Shown here piece after piece: positions 26,036 to 38,299 of a stretch of 64,000 nucleotides of DNA (positions within the stretch are counted from its first letter, which is position 1; each line of letters begins with the position of its first letter). The position numbers and the translations under genes are program-made. Under the pieces are notes generated by a model. The model searched no databases and had not been told where the DNA came from. It saw nothing but the letters and a program-made list of their open reading frames with translations. The stretch comes from Octopus sinensis (Eukaryota), in NCBI RefSeq assembly GCF_006345805.1, contig NC_043001.1, positions 100,378,001 through 100,442,000 on the forward strand, read 5' to 3'.

Positions 26036-26648
26036 TTAACATCTATTTCCCATGTCAGCAGGGGTTGTATGGTTTGACTGGAGCCAGTAAGGCCCCAAGC
26101 CATGCTAGATTCCATTGTCTGTTTTGGTGAGGGTTCTATAGTTGGATGCCCTTCCTAAGGCCAACCACTTTACAGAATGGACTGGGTAGTGCTGTTTATG
26201 TAGCATCAGCACCAAAAAGATCACCAAGTACCTTGCAAGGTAAAAACTCCTTAACTGGAAGGTGGGAGTAGTACTGAGTGGGGTGTGGCTTGGTTGTTCA
26301 AAATGAGGGGTGGGGATGCAATATGTGTTGATTCTGCTCCTTAGAGATTGCTACGGTGAAGAAAAGGGATGAGTTTTGGGAGGATGAGATATGGGGAAGA
26401 ATGCTTGACAGGCAGGTTGGGGGTAGGGACAGGGACAGGGTCTAGAATCTGCAAACACAAACAAAATATTTGTAGGATATCACTTTTGCAGTAACAGATA
26501 TTTATAAACATCATCATCTTCATCCTCATCTTCCTCTTCATTTAACTTCCATGTTCCATGGGTTGGACTAGAAATATTTTGAGTTCTTTACTTGTTGTTC
26601 TTTTTGTTTTGCTCTCCATATCTGCAAAGATCAAGAAGATCTGTAATC

Positions 26649-26827
26649 GACATTATTTGCATTATTTACATTATTTACATTTGACGGATATTTGTCCTCA
26701 TCTTGTTTGTTGTTAATACAACATTTCGGCTGATTTACCCTTCAGCCTTCTTCAGGTGTCTTGGGGAAATTTCAAACCTGGGTTCTCCTTCCTAAGGTAT
26801 TTTTTGATGTTATTATTATCGTTGTTA

Positions 26828-26864
<37 letters not shown>

Positions 26865-27155
26865 GATCATGGACATATGGCTTAGTGGTTAAGAGCGCAG
26901 GCTACTAACCCCAAGATTCTTAGTTCGATTCCAGGCGGTGACCTGAATAATAATGATAATAATAATAATAATAATAATTTTAATAACATCGAAAAATACC
27001 CAGGTTCGAAATTTCCCCAAGACACCTGATGAAGGCTGGAGGGTATATCAGCCGAAATGTTGTGTTAACAACAAACAAGATGAGGACAAATATCCGTCAA
27101 GTATAAATAATGTAAATAATGTACATAATTGCTCATCTCTTAAATATAGAACTGT
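26649..27155. mobile_element. Family A composite 2: headless inverted arm plus complete tRNA-head/(AAT)n/hammerhead unit, 10-bp TSD
   Basis: ATCTGTAATC at 26639-26648 and 27156-27165. Head at 26871-26945 has A box TGGCTTAGTGG (26878-26888) and B box AGTTCGATTCC (26922-26932). Confidence 0.85.
27021..27066 (+). ncRNA. Minimal hammerhead motif (family A), C15.2 changed to U
   Basis: GACAC-CTGATGA-A-GGCTG(gagggtatat)CAGCC-GAAAT-GTT-GTGTT. An inverted sister motif lies at 26715-26760 (CTGAAGA core). Confidence 0.65.
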
Positions 27156-27227
27156 ATCTGTAATCAAGGACTCCAACCATGACATCTCAGTCTTTATTTT
27201 TTATTATAATTGTTTTTTCATTTTTCA

Positions 27228-27615
27228 GGAGTAGTGTGTAGTAAGACATTTGCTTCCTAACCAGATGGTTCTGGGTTCAGTCCCACTTTGTGGCACTTTG
27301 GGCAAATCTCTTCTACTATAGCCTTGGGCCAACCAAAGCCATGTGAGTGGATTTTGGTAGATGGAAACTGAAACAAGCCCAACATATATAAATGTGTGTG
27401 TGTGTGTGTTTGAGTCAATGTTTGACCCTCACATGGTAATTAGTGTGGGTGTCTTGAAGTCCCTGTAACTTAGGAATTTGGCAAAAGAGACTGATAAAAT
27501 AATTACCCAGCTTAAAAAAAATAAACACTGGGATCAATTTATCCAGTTAATATTTTTCAAGGCAGTGCCCCAGCATGGCCTTAGTCCAATGACTGAAGCA
27601 AGTAAAAGATAAAAG
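27228..27615 (+). mobile_element. SINE family S1
   Basis: Head, central microsatellite and tail as in the other S1 copies. Confidence 0.85.
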
Positions 27616-27953
27616 ACAGAAACCTATGACTATGCTCATTGTGTTTCCAATCATGCTACAATTCAATTTGAGTGAGATTCAACTGTCATTTCTAGCAGAC
27701 AGAGTGGTTGTGTAACATTTTCCTTGTTGAGTCACAAAATGTGTGGGTTTTTTTCTATACAATTCTGGTCTACTTTCTTGAAGTGGTTTTTGGGTTGTCT
27801 AGAGATTTCTGAAGACTAGATCTATATTCCAAGACGAAAATAAGCGAAAGTGTTTATGATATAATAAAGATTCTTCCTTGTTGCTAGGACACAAACAAGA
27901 TTTACAATGTACTATACATGTGTTTACCATCAAGGGAGATGCAAAAATGTATG

Positions 27954-27959
<6 letters not shown>

Positions 27960-27995
<36 letters not shown>

Positions 27996-28394
27996 AGGGT
28001 GATGAAGGATGGAAAGAAGAATAAGAAGAATAGACTCCAAGAAAGAGAGGAAGAAAGGTTGTAGGGAAGGGCGGGTGATGGAGGTAAATATTAAGAGAGG
28101 AAGAATAGAAGAGAGAGAGAGAGGGAGAGAAAAACAAGGGAGAGAAAAATATCAGAAGGCCGAATGAATGACAAAGGTAATTAGAAAGAGATGTAGTAAG
28201 AGAATAAGAGAAAATGAGAGAGAGTGAAGGAGAGAAGCAGAGAGGAGGAGGAATGAGAGAAGAGGAAAAAAGAGAGAGAAAGAAAGAGAGTGAGAGAGAA
28301 AGAGAGAGATGTGTATTTAAATTGAGAAGCAAAGGAATGGAAGAAAGTTTATAAGTAGGAAGGTGTTCTTTCAATATGTGAAGTAAAGGAAGAA

Positions 28395-28439
<45 letters not shown>

Positions 28440-28855
28440 AGGGTGATGAAGGATGGAAAGAAGAATAAGAAGAATAGACTCCAAGAAAGAGAGGAAGAAA
28501 GGTTGTAGGGAAGGGCGGGTGATGGAGGTAAATATTAAGAGAGGAAGAATAGAAGAGAGAGAGAGAGAGAGAGGGAGAGAAAAAAAGGGAGAGAAAAATA
28601 TCAGAAGGCCGAATGAATGACAAAGGTAATTAGAAAGAGATGTAGTAAGAGAATAAGAGAAAATGAGAGAGAGTGAAGGAGAGAAGCAGAGAGGAGGAGG
28701 AGTGAGAGAAGAGGAAAAAAGAGAGAGAAAGAAAGAGAGTGAGCGAGAAAGAGGGAGATGTGTATTTAAATTGAGAAGCAAAAGGAATGGAAGAAAGTTT
28801 ATAAGTAGGAAGGTGTTCCTTCAATATGTGAAGTAAAGGAAAGAAAGAGAGAGAG
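27960..28855 (+). repeat. Recent tandem duplication of a ~440-450 bp purine-rich unit
   Basis: gaaggagggtgatgaaggatgg...caatatgtgaagtaaagga occurs twice, nearly identical except for (GA)n lengths. Confidence 0.92.
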
Positions 28856-28895
28856 AATGAGAAGGAGATTGTGAAGGAAAGAGAGGGAGAGGTAT

Positions 28896-28942
<47 letters not shown>

Positions 28943-29200
28943 GGAATTAGTGAGAAGAGACAGCAAAGTTGATATTTGCATGTCTTTCTCTTTAAAACTA
29001 GTGAGACTGATAATGGTCAATGGCTGCTGGTCTTTGGCATCTTCTGAGAAATATTGAGAATAAGGGAGTTTGGGAAGAGCAAGGCTCTGTTCATTTTTCT
29101 TGCAGAACAGTGAAACTTGCTGAAGGCATCCAACAAACATGTAGGAGTGTAGAACAGGCGCGTCACACACACCTTTAGAAGCATATATATATATATATAT

Positions 29201-29711
29201 ACTAGCAGTATCGCCCGGCGTTGCTCGGGTTTGTAAGGGAAATAACTATATAAGCATTTTTAGAGAGTTACTTCCCTTATAGATGCCAATTCAGGCTTTC
29301 TTAGCCATTTCTGTTTTGGTGTCTTCAAGCCATAAAGTCGTTGTTCTAAAAGAACGCTGGTCTCCTTGATAACGCATTACGACGTTGATTTCCTTACACT
29401 CCCTTCCCCACAGCTTCACGAGGGAGGGAAGAAGGGGGAGAAGCAAACAGGTGCAGGCGTGACCATGGACGCCAACTCCGCCGCCATCGATACACGAAAA
29501 ATTATGCATTAAAATGGAATAAAAAATTATGTTAAATTATTTTTAAAATCGTAGACTCATCGTAGACGCGCGCTAATACTCGTGCTCGATATGAATCACG
29601 ACTATAAGATACCCGAATTTGGTTAAACTGCACCGCAAAATGTGGGAGGAGTTAGGAATCTAAGTCGAAGGGGACAGACACTCACACAACTACAGTTTTA
29701 TATATATAGAT
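29201..29711 (+). mobile_element. Helitron-like non-autonomous element, copy 1, in TA microsatellite
   Basis: Starts ACTAGCAGTATCGCCCGGCGTTGCTCGGG (small hairpin) and ends GTTTTATATATATAGAT. No TIR or TSD; the class call is from end-motif resemblance. Confidence 0.6.
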
Positions 29712-29879
29712 ATATATATATATATACATATTGCCATGCATACACATATGTGTTTGTGTGTGTGTGTATATGCACATGTGCATGCATATGCATTTGCATG
29801 TGTGTGTACAGGTGTGTGTATGCATGTGCACACGTGTGCATGCATATGTGTGTGTGTGTGCGTATATATTTATATATAA

Positions 29880-30386
29880 ACTAGCAGTATCGCCTGGCGT
29901 TGCTCGGGTTTGTAAGGGAAATAACTATATAAGCATTTTTAGAGAGTTACTTCCCTTATAAATTCGGGCTTTCTTAGCCATTTTTGTTTTGGTGTCTTCA
30001 AGCCATGAAGTCGTTGTTCTAAAAGAACGCTGGTCTCCTTCACAACGCATTACGACATTGATTTCTTTACACTCCCTTCCCCACAGCTTCACGAGGGAGG
30101 GAAGGGGAGAAGCAAACAGGTGCAGCTGTGAGCGTGGACGCCAACTCCGCCGCCGTCGACACACGATGCATTTTATGCATTAAAATGGAATTAAAAATTA
30201 TGTTAAATTATTTTTAAAATCGTAGACTCATCGTTGACGCGTGCTAATAGTCAGACGGGCTCGATATGAATCACGACTATAAGATACCCGAATTTGGTTA
30301 AACTGCACCGCAAAATGTGGGAGGAGTTAGGAATCTAAATCGAAGGGGACAGACACTCACACAACTAGAGTTTTATATATATAGAT
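29880..30386 (+). mobile_element. Helitron-like non-autonomous element, copy 2
   Basis: Near-identical to 29201-29711, same orientation, separated by ~170 bp of TA/GT repeat. Confidence 0.6.
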
Positions 30387-30619
30387 ATATATATGATAAG
30401 TAGGCAAGCTGGCATGCCAGGTGAAATGCTTAGTGGTATTTCATCTGTCTTTACGTTCTGAGTTCAAATTCCACTGAGGTCGACTTTGCTTTTCATCCTT
30501 TCAGAGGCAATAGATTAAGTACTAGTTGCGTACAAAGATTGATCTAATTGAATATGTATATATATATATATATAAAATATATATGCACACATGTGTATAT
30601 ATATAAATACATATACATC

Positions 30620-31265
30620 TATACATATATTCTTTTATTCTTTTACTTGTTTCCACCATTTGACTGTGGCCATGCTGGTGCACTGCCTTTAGTCGAACAA
30701 AGCAACCCCAGGACTTATTCTTTGTAAGCTTAGTACTTATTCTATTGGTCTCTTTTGCCGAACTGCTAAGTTACGGAGATGTAAACACACCAACATTGGT
30801 TGTCAAGTGACAGCAGGGGCACAAACACAGGCACACAAATACATACATACATATAATAAATCTCTGAGCGAGGTATAAACAGTAGCTGCATGACATCGTG
30901 AAGTATATTTGCCACTTAAATGTGGCTAACTTGTAAGGGTGGATGCTACTGTAGCTTGTAGCCCCAGGAGGACACCTCCTCCTGCTGGCTATTGACACAC
31001 TTTCTGTGCCCAATCAGTATTTGCAAAGGGAAGTCATCCTTCCCACTCCAGCCTGATGTGATACACATGGACCCGGGTTTCTGAATATATATAATATATA
31101 TACGATGGGCTTCTTTCGGTTTCTGTCAACCAAATCTACTCACAAGAATTTGGTTGGCCTGAGGCTATAGAAGAAGACACTTGACCAAGTTGCCCTGCAG
31201 CGGGACTGAACCTGGAACCAAGTGGTTGGGAAAGAAGCTTCTTACCACACAGCCGCTCTTGCACT
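30620..31265 (-). mobile_element. SINE family S1 with an ~220 bp foreign insert in its central microsatellite
   Basis: Tail at 30620-30850 and head at 31095-31265 on the minus strand; unrelated sequence at 30865-31085. Confidence 0.75.
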
Positions 31266-31702
31266 TATGTGTATATACAGTGGTATATATAATATACATA
31301 CAGACACACTCACACACACACATATATATATACATACAGACATATATATTCATATATATATGCACCTGTATATATATGATGTTGACTGAAACCCAGAGTA
31401 ATTTCAAATAAAAAGTGATGTCCCCTTCTTTTACCTAAAAGTCAGATACATATTTTAAACCCCAGTTTTTTTTATTATTTTCTACTCAAGTATAATATAA
31501 TGCTACCCCCTGTTTATTGAGTGTGAGGATTTGCATTAGATTTCTCATTTGATACAAAAGTAAATGCCAAGTGTGGGGGGAGGGGGGCGAGAGACTATGA
31601 TTAATGTTATGGTGGTATTTCAGTGGTAATTCATGAAAGAAACAGGAGGGGAGGGGGAGAATATTATGGGGCAAAGTTTATGCAAGGAGTGTAAGGCAAT
31701 CA

Positions 31703-31742
<40 letters not shown>

Positions 31743-31916
31743 TAGAAGAAGTGAAAGAAGAGAGAAAGAGAGGTGGGGTAGAAGAAAGAGAGAGAAATGT
31801 GTGAGACAATGAGAAAGAGAGAGAGAAAACAGCGTGTTGGTGAGTGTATGTGTAGAGAAGAGAGTGTACATTAGAAAAGGAAGGAGAGATAGAGAGATAG
31901 ATAGAGTGAGTGAGAA

Positions 31917-31975
<59 letters not shown>

Positions 31976-32299
31976 AGAAATTGGTGTGTTTGTTCTTTGT
32001 TTTGGGGGTGGGGCCCTATTTATTGAGATTGTGACTATAATTAAAGTGTAGGTTGTGTTATTATGTTTGGTAGTGCAATGATATGTTCAAAGACAGACTG
32101 ACACACAACTCTATAGTAAAGTCTCAGTGACAAACAGATCCACTGTGTATTCCTGTTCTTTGTTGAAAGGAAAATATTGTTTGTTTGAAGACTGAACAAA
32201 AAATTGTTTCAATGGGCAGAAACTGAGAGTCTTCAGAATTACAGAGCAAAAAAAAAAAAAAGGAGCGAAACAAAACAAAACAAAAAGGAAAGACAATAA

Positions 32300-33820
32300 A
32301 GTTCCAATAAAAATAGGTAAACATTGAGAAGAAAGAAATTGGAGGAAAGGATAAGGAATTGAGAAGATGGGCAATATGGGGAAGGAAGGGGACAAAAATG
32401 GTAAGAAAACATAAGGAATGATAAAGAATAGCAAGGAAGGTTAAGAAAGGAGTAAGAAATAATTAGAAAATAGTAAGAAACAGTGAGAAAAGGTAAAAAA
32501 AAAAATATCAAGGAATGGTAAAGAACTATGAGAAGTGAAAAAAATAGAGGAATATGAAATGACAAGAAACGGTAAATAATGTAAGAAATGATTAAAATTG
32601 GTTAGAATGAAATTAAAGGTAAGAAATACCATTGAAGTGATAAGAAATGGTTAGTAAATGATTAAAGAAGTGGTAGGAAATAGAATAAATGATGATTTTT
32701 TTAATGGATTAGGACAATAGAGCTGTAATGATGCCTTTTGTAAGAGTTCTGTGGTAAATGAGAATGGTTGATGATGAGGTTGAATATTTGTAAAGTGACA
32801 GGTGAATGAAAAATGTGGGAAGGGAAATCTAGAAAAATTGGGTTTAGTGATTGGTGTCATGCCTGAGAAAGGGAATGCAGTAAGTCTTGTTGGTATTGCT
32901 GTTGTTTAACCACTGTTCAACATTGATTCAAACCCTGATGATCAAAAACATTCAACCTGTGACATATTTTTTAGCAGTATACAGCACTATATTTCCACTG
33001 AGGTCGACATTGCCTTTCATCCTTTCAGGATTGATAAATTAAGTACCAGTTGCGTACTGGGATCGATCTTATCGATTGGCTCCCTTCTCCCAAAATTTTG
33101 GGCCTTGTGCCTAGAATAGAAAAGAGTATATAGAACTATATTAATTACTGTGTCCTTTCCTTAATAAAAGCAGGGTGTCATTTGAGGGAAATTTGGCTGC
33201 TGTTTCTAGCAGATTGAGTAACTATATAGAGGATGGAGAAATTGCATGTTTGAGGGACAGTGGCCATTGGATTAAATGGAGTTAGATCTGAACAAAGAGA
33301 CAAGCTGTGTGTTAGTATTTGAAGTATGTTTGACAGATTTACTTTAGATGTAGTCAAGGCTGTTTGTATTCAGCAGCAGCAGCACCAGCAGCAAAGCAAC
33401 AGTAGCAGAGCAGCAGCAACAGCAGAACAACTACAGCAGCAGAGCAACAGCAGCACTGTCCTCTGTGTGGGAGCAATTGTACTTTGGAGAAAGACAATTG
33501 TGGTTCTGAAGTATTTTCCAGCTCTTCAGGTTAAGGAATACACTTTTGGATGCAGTTTTTGCAATGTAAGAGATGTGGCCACCAGGGACCGTAAGTGAAT
33601 GGTACAAAATAGCAAAGAATGGTATTGTAAGGAATGGTAAGAAATGAGAAGGAACTATAAGACTCAGCAAGAAATTGTGAGAAGTGGAAAATGGTAAAGA
33701 GTGATAGGAAATAGTAAAGAATAGAAAGAAGTGGTAAGGTATAGCAAAGAATGGTAAGATAAAGGAATATTAAGAGTTGAGAGGATAAAATGGTCAGGAA
33801 TTATAAGGAGTGGTAAAAAA
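32300..33820. repeat. Degenerate purine-rich minisatellite (AAGAAATGGT-like), interrupted by an S2 fragment and (CAG)n
   Basis: Recurrent aatggtaagaaat motifs at 32300-32850 and 33590-33820. Confidence 0.65.
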
Positions 33821-34189
33821 ATCCATAAAAATCTTTGTATAATTGTGGCCGGGGTTTGAATGTATAGTGTGTCTAAGCAAAAGACAGGATGGTCATGGCT
33901 GGAATGCCTTTAATTATTGATTTATTGAATCAGGGCTGAGCAACAAAAACAATTCTCATGTTTCTTAAAAAGAAAACAAAAAAATGAACCACAATAAAAA
34001 AAAGCAATTTCTTTCTTTCCATTTGATATGATTACTTGACTTTTATTCTGCTTTTAAGAATTCCTCCAGGGGAACCATATTCAAGTCAACCATATTGACT
34101 TGAAATAAAATGAGTGGGATCACAACTCTTCTGATTAGACTCCCTGCAAGAATTGAACTTAACTCTCTCAGTTAATAAATCTTTTGTCT

Positions 34190-34615
34190 TTCATCTTTTA
34201 CTTGTTTCAGTCATTAGACTGTGGCCATGCTGGGGCAGCACTGCCTTGAAGAATTTTTAGGCAAATGAATCGACCCCCAATACTCCCTTTTCTTTTTTTA
34301 AGCCTGATTTTTATTCTACCAGTTTCTTTTGCCGAACCGCTAAGTTACAGGGATGTAAAGACACTAACAGTAGTATGATGTGGGGGACAAACACACACAC
34401 AAAGACACACAAACATACACACACACATACACACATACACACATATTCAAATACAATTATCTATGTAGGAAATGGACTTCTTTCAGACAAAATTCATTCT
34501 CAAGGCTTTGGTTGGCCCAAGGCTATAATAGATGACATTTGTACAAGGTGCCACACAGAGAGACTGAACCTGGAACCATGTTGTTGGGAAACAAGCTTGT
34601 TACCACACAAGCACT
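34190..34615 (-). mobile_element. SINE family S1
   Basis: Reverse complement of S1. Confidence 0.85.
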
Positions 34616-36532
34616 TATCCTTTATTCATAATTCTATGGTGTCTATTAATGGCCAGGTGGATTGGCTCATTTGTGAGCTAGGTGTCTTGGCCATTATGGC
34701 AACACAACTGGCTTTGAACTGTTGACCTTTCAGCTAGTTACCTGGTAACCTATTGATTTGTCCATCTCCACACAGCCAAATATTGGCCTCGATGTCTTAC
34801 AGTTGAGTTTATTTTATTAAATGATCAACAGTCTTAATAGCAAAGACGGATACATCCGTCATAGAGATCACCTATTTTGATCTGGATAGATTTTGGCTGC
34901 AGAAACTCTGTTAATATGAGTCAAAAACCTCCGGGGATTGTGGCTGTTCTACTCAATACACTCGTTTGTCATGCTTACTTGCATGAGAGACAGAACGATA
35001 GAGTCTTGCACACAAATACATTTTAGTATATTAACCAATGTCAAGATCAAAGCACAATTTTTATGGTAAATGAGGAAACAGCTTGCTAAATATCTGTGTC
35101 TATACATTTACAGAACAAACTTGGTTGTTTGACTTCTTAAAAACAGGTCACTATGCTTGTGTGTATGTAAATGCATGCACTTACATTATGTGTGCATGTG
35201 TGTGTGAGTGCATAAGTGCAAGCATGTGTGTGTGTGTGCGTACATGGTTGCATATTATGTGTATATACACACATATACATATGTGTGATATGTAGATATA
35301 TGTACATACATATATCTATATATATATATACATATAAATGTATACATGTATATAAGTGTGTATGTGTGTGTGTGTGTGTATTGCACACATATACAATGCA
35401 CTTTGTCTGCTAGATGGTTCTCATAGAAATCAATACCATTACACTGGAGTGTGCATTCTTGGGTATTTACTTTGCTACCAGCTGAGAGTGATAGGAAGAT
35501 GTCAGATGGAACTCAAGAGATGGTATTCAGTTATTTAAATATGCATCAAGTATTTTAATAACTAACAATATCATCATCATCGCCATCACCATTACCACCA
35601 CCACCACTACCACCATTGTCGTCGTCATCCTCACCATCATCATCATGAACTTGCAAGCAAAATTTAGGTTTCAGTTTGTAGATAAAAATGATAAACATCT
35701 GATTCCTTAAATGTATGATTGTTGTAATTACCATTTTCTTCAGCATTTCTTTAGGAACAACAGGCTCTGTTGTTTGGTTGTAATGCTTGGATTGTAGAAG
35801 TCTTTCTATTCAAAATTCGAATGTTTACTGAAGAATCTGATTCTTGATTCCAACTGAGTTTATTTTTACTCCACTGACTCTTCTCCAAACACAAAAGGTA
35901 TATTGCAGAATCTGTTTTTCACAGAAGTTAAGCAGAATTATGGTGCTAAGTCCTTTAAGCATTAGTCTGTAGACATTAATCCACCGATCAGCTACACTTT
36001 ATGTAAATATAAAATACCTAAAAATATTATCTTTAGAAACTTTTAAGAGACAGTGAATGCCTCTGGTTTCATAGCTTTAAACAGAAGAGAGATGAATCTC
36101 ACTCTGACAGGATTCTAGTCTATTTCAGATAAAATGTTGGACTTGTGAGTCCTAAGTAGGTAGCCTGGAGCATGGGAGAATTCTCTCTCATTCATTACTG
36201 TTAAAATCCTATCTGAACTAATTTTCTCATTTTCCTACTTAAATCATGCTTTTTTTCCCTTTTTTTTTGTATGATGAATTTAGAATTGATTCTACAGAGA
36301 TGTCTGTTAGGGATCTGTTTTCTTGCAGCATTTTAAGACAACACTGAATGATTTTGAAACAATATTACTCTTTGCTTTATTAAGCTTATCTTGAGGTTGC
36401 ATCCATAGCCTTCACAGACTCCCCAAGACTGCTGAGATCAATTTTGTTAATGTCAAAAGCCAACAACTGTAGAAAGATAGATAGATAAACAGATATATAT
36501 ATACACACATACATACATATATATATATATAA

Positions 36533-36575
<43 letters not shown>

Positions 36576-36899
36576 GAGAGAGAGAGAGAGAGAGAGAAAG
36601 TGAGAGAGAGGCAGTGGAGAAGGAACCTTTATTTGTTGGATGTAGGTGATAGAATTTATGATTTTGAAGAGGGAGTCCAGTCTTTGTAATGAGTTTTTAA
36701 GTCTGCTGAGTAAATGTGTTTGCCAGGAGAGATCTGATCTTCGGTTATGGTGAGTCCTGGCATTTGCAAGAGCATTCAAATGGTGTGTTGTTCAAGTTTG
36801 GTGAACATGGATGAATAATATTTAATGCGGTGAAGTGATTGTATCTGTTGAAGAAAACAGGATAAATACAAGCACACTGGACAATGTGATTTGGAGATG

Positions 36900-37535
36900 T
36901 CTGTTCGAAAGAAATGAAGCTAGCATGATCCACTGGATGTGTAATGTCAGTGTGCACACACAACAGAGTGTAAGCGCCCTGAGAGAAGTGTTGGACATAA
37001 GAAGCATCGGATGTGGTGTGCAAGAGAGATGTTTGTGCTGGTATGGTCATGTGCTGTGTATGGATGAGGAGAGCTGTGAGAAGAAGTGCCACTTCCAAAC
37101 AATTGAAGGAATCCAGGGTAGAGGTAGACCCTGGAAGACATGGGATGAGGTGGTGAAGCACGATCTTCAAACGTTGGGCCTCACAGAGGCAATGACGGAA
37201 GACCGAGACCTCTGGAGATATGCTGTGACTGCAAAGACCCAGCAAATAAAGTGAGTTCACGGCTGTATCTTACACCAGTTTTGCATAACCAGCCCCAGCC
37301 CATTCAAAAGTACCTTGAATCGTAGGGCGACCTGCTGTGCTTGAGGAGACATATTGAGTCAAGTACATCAACATCCAAATGAAAATCAAATAGAAATTGT
37401 AGTTGTGATACTCCTGCCGGTGGCACATAAAAAGCACCATCTGAATGTGGCTGATGCCAGCTCCACCTTGACTGGCTCCCATGCTGGTGGCACGTAAAAA
37501 GCACCAACCAATCATGGCCGTTACCAGCCTGCTCT
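36900..37535 (+). mobile_element. RTE LINE 3' coding end plus 3' UTR
   Basis: ORF 36835-37254 contains ERNEASMIHWMCNV...WYGHVLCMDEE...GRGRPWKTWDEVVKHDL...DRDLWR. The UTR has repeated gtggcac(g/a)taaaaagcacc motifs. Confidence 0.92.
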
Positions 37536-37544
37536 GGACGGGCA

Positions 37545-37700
37545 AAATGTTTAATGGTATTTCGTTTGTCTTTACATTCTGAGTTCAAATTCTGTGAAGG
37601 TCGACTTTGCCTTTCTTCCTTTCAGGGTCGGTAAATTAAGTACCAGTTACATACTGGGGTCGATCTAATCGACTGCCCTCCTCCCCAGTAGAGTAGAAAA
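37545..37700 (+). mobile_element. SINE family S2 (partial)
   Basis: ttctgagttcaaattctgtgaaggtcgactttgcc... Confidence 0.8.
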
Positions 37701-38299
37701 GAATAAGTGTGAGGAAGTTTTGAAGGAACAGAAAGTGGTATCAGCTACCAAAGAGTAAACTTGGAATGGTGACAAGCAGGTGGTTGGTGAGTAGAAGGAA
37801 GAGTGTTGTAGGCAAAACCAGACCCTGGGGTACATCAGATATAGGAGGTTACAGGGATAAAGCATAAAAATTAAGGCACAGCCAGGTAACAGTATGAGAT
37901 GACAACAAAAATTAAGCCAATACCAACAGAACAGGAGATTCAGAAATATCATCATCACCATCATCATCATCATCATCATTTAATATCTGTTTTTCATGCT
38001 GGCATGGGTTGGACAGGTTGACAGGAGCTGTTTTGGCATAGTTTTTATGGCTGGATACCCTTCCTAGTAGCGACCACCCCACAGAGTGGACTGAGTGTTT
38101 ATTTTACCAAAAGCTAAACATTAATAAAATGATATGCTAAATGTTGAACAAGCTTGGAACATTTATTCAGTTATTTGGAGCCAGGAGGTTCAACAAAACA
38201 GTGAAATAAATGGTTATATGGGTTTAAAAAGGAAAAAGAAAATAGTTTAAGACAAGAAAACATAAGCATTAAAGATGAGAAAGTGAAGAAGATGTTTCA

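Noticed and set aside
26871-26945. tRNA gene (also 888-960 and 11194-11268)
   Set aside because: The acceptor and anticodon stems pair poorly, and the sequence continues into a repeat body; these are SINE heads, not tRNA genes.
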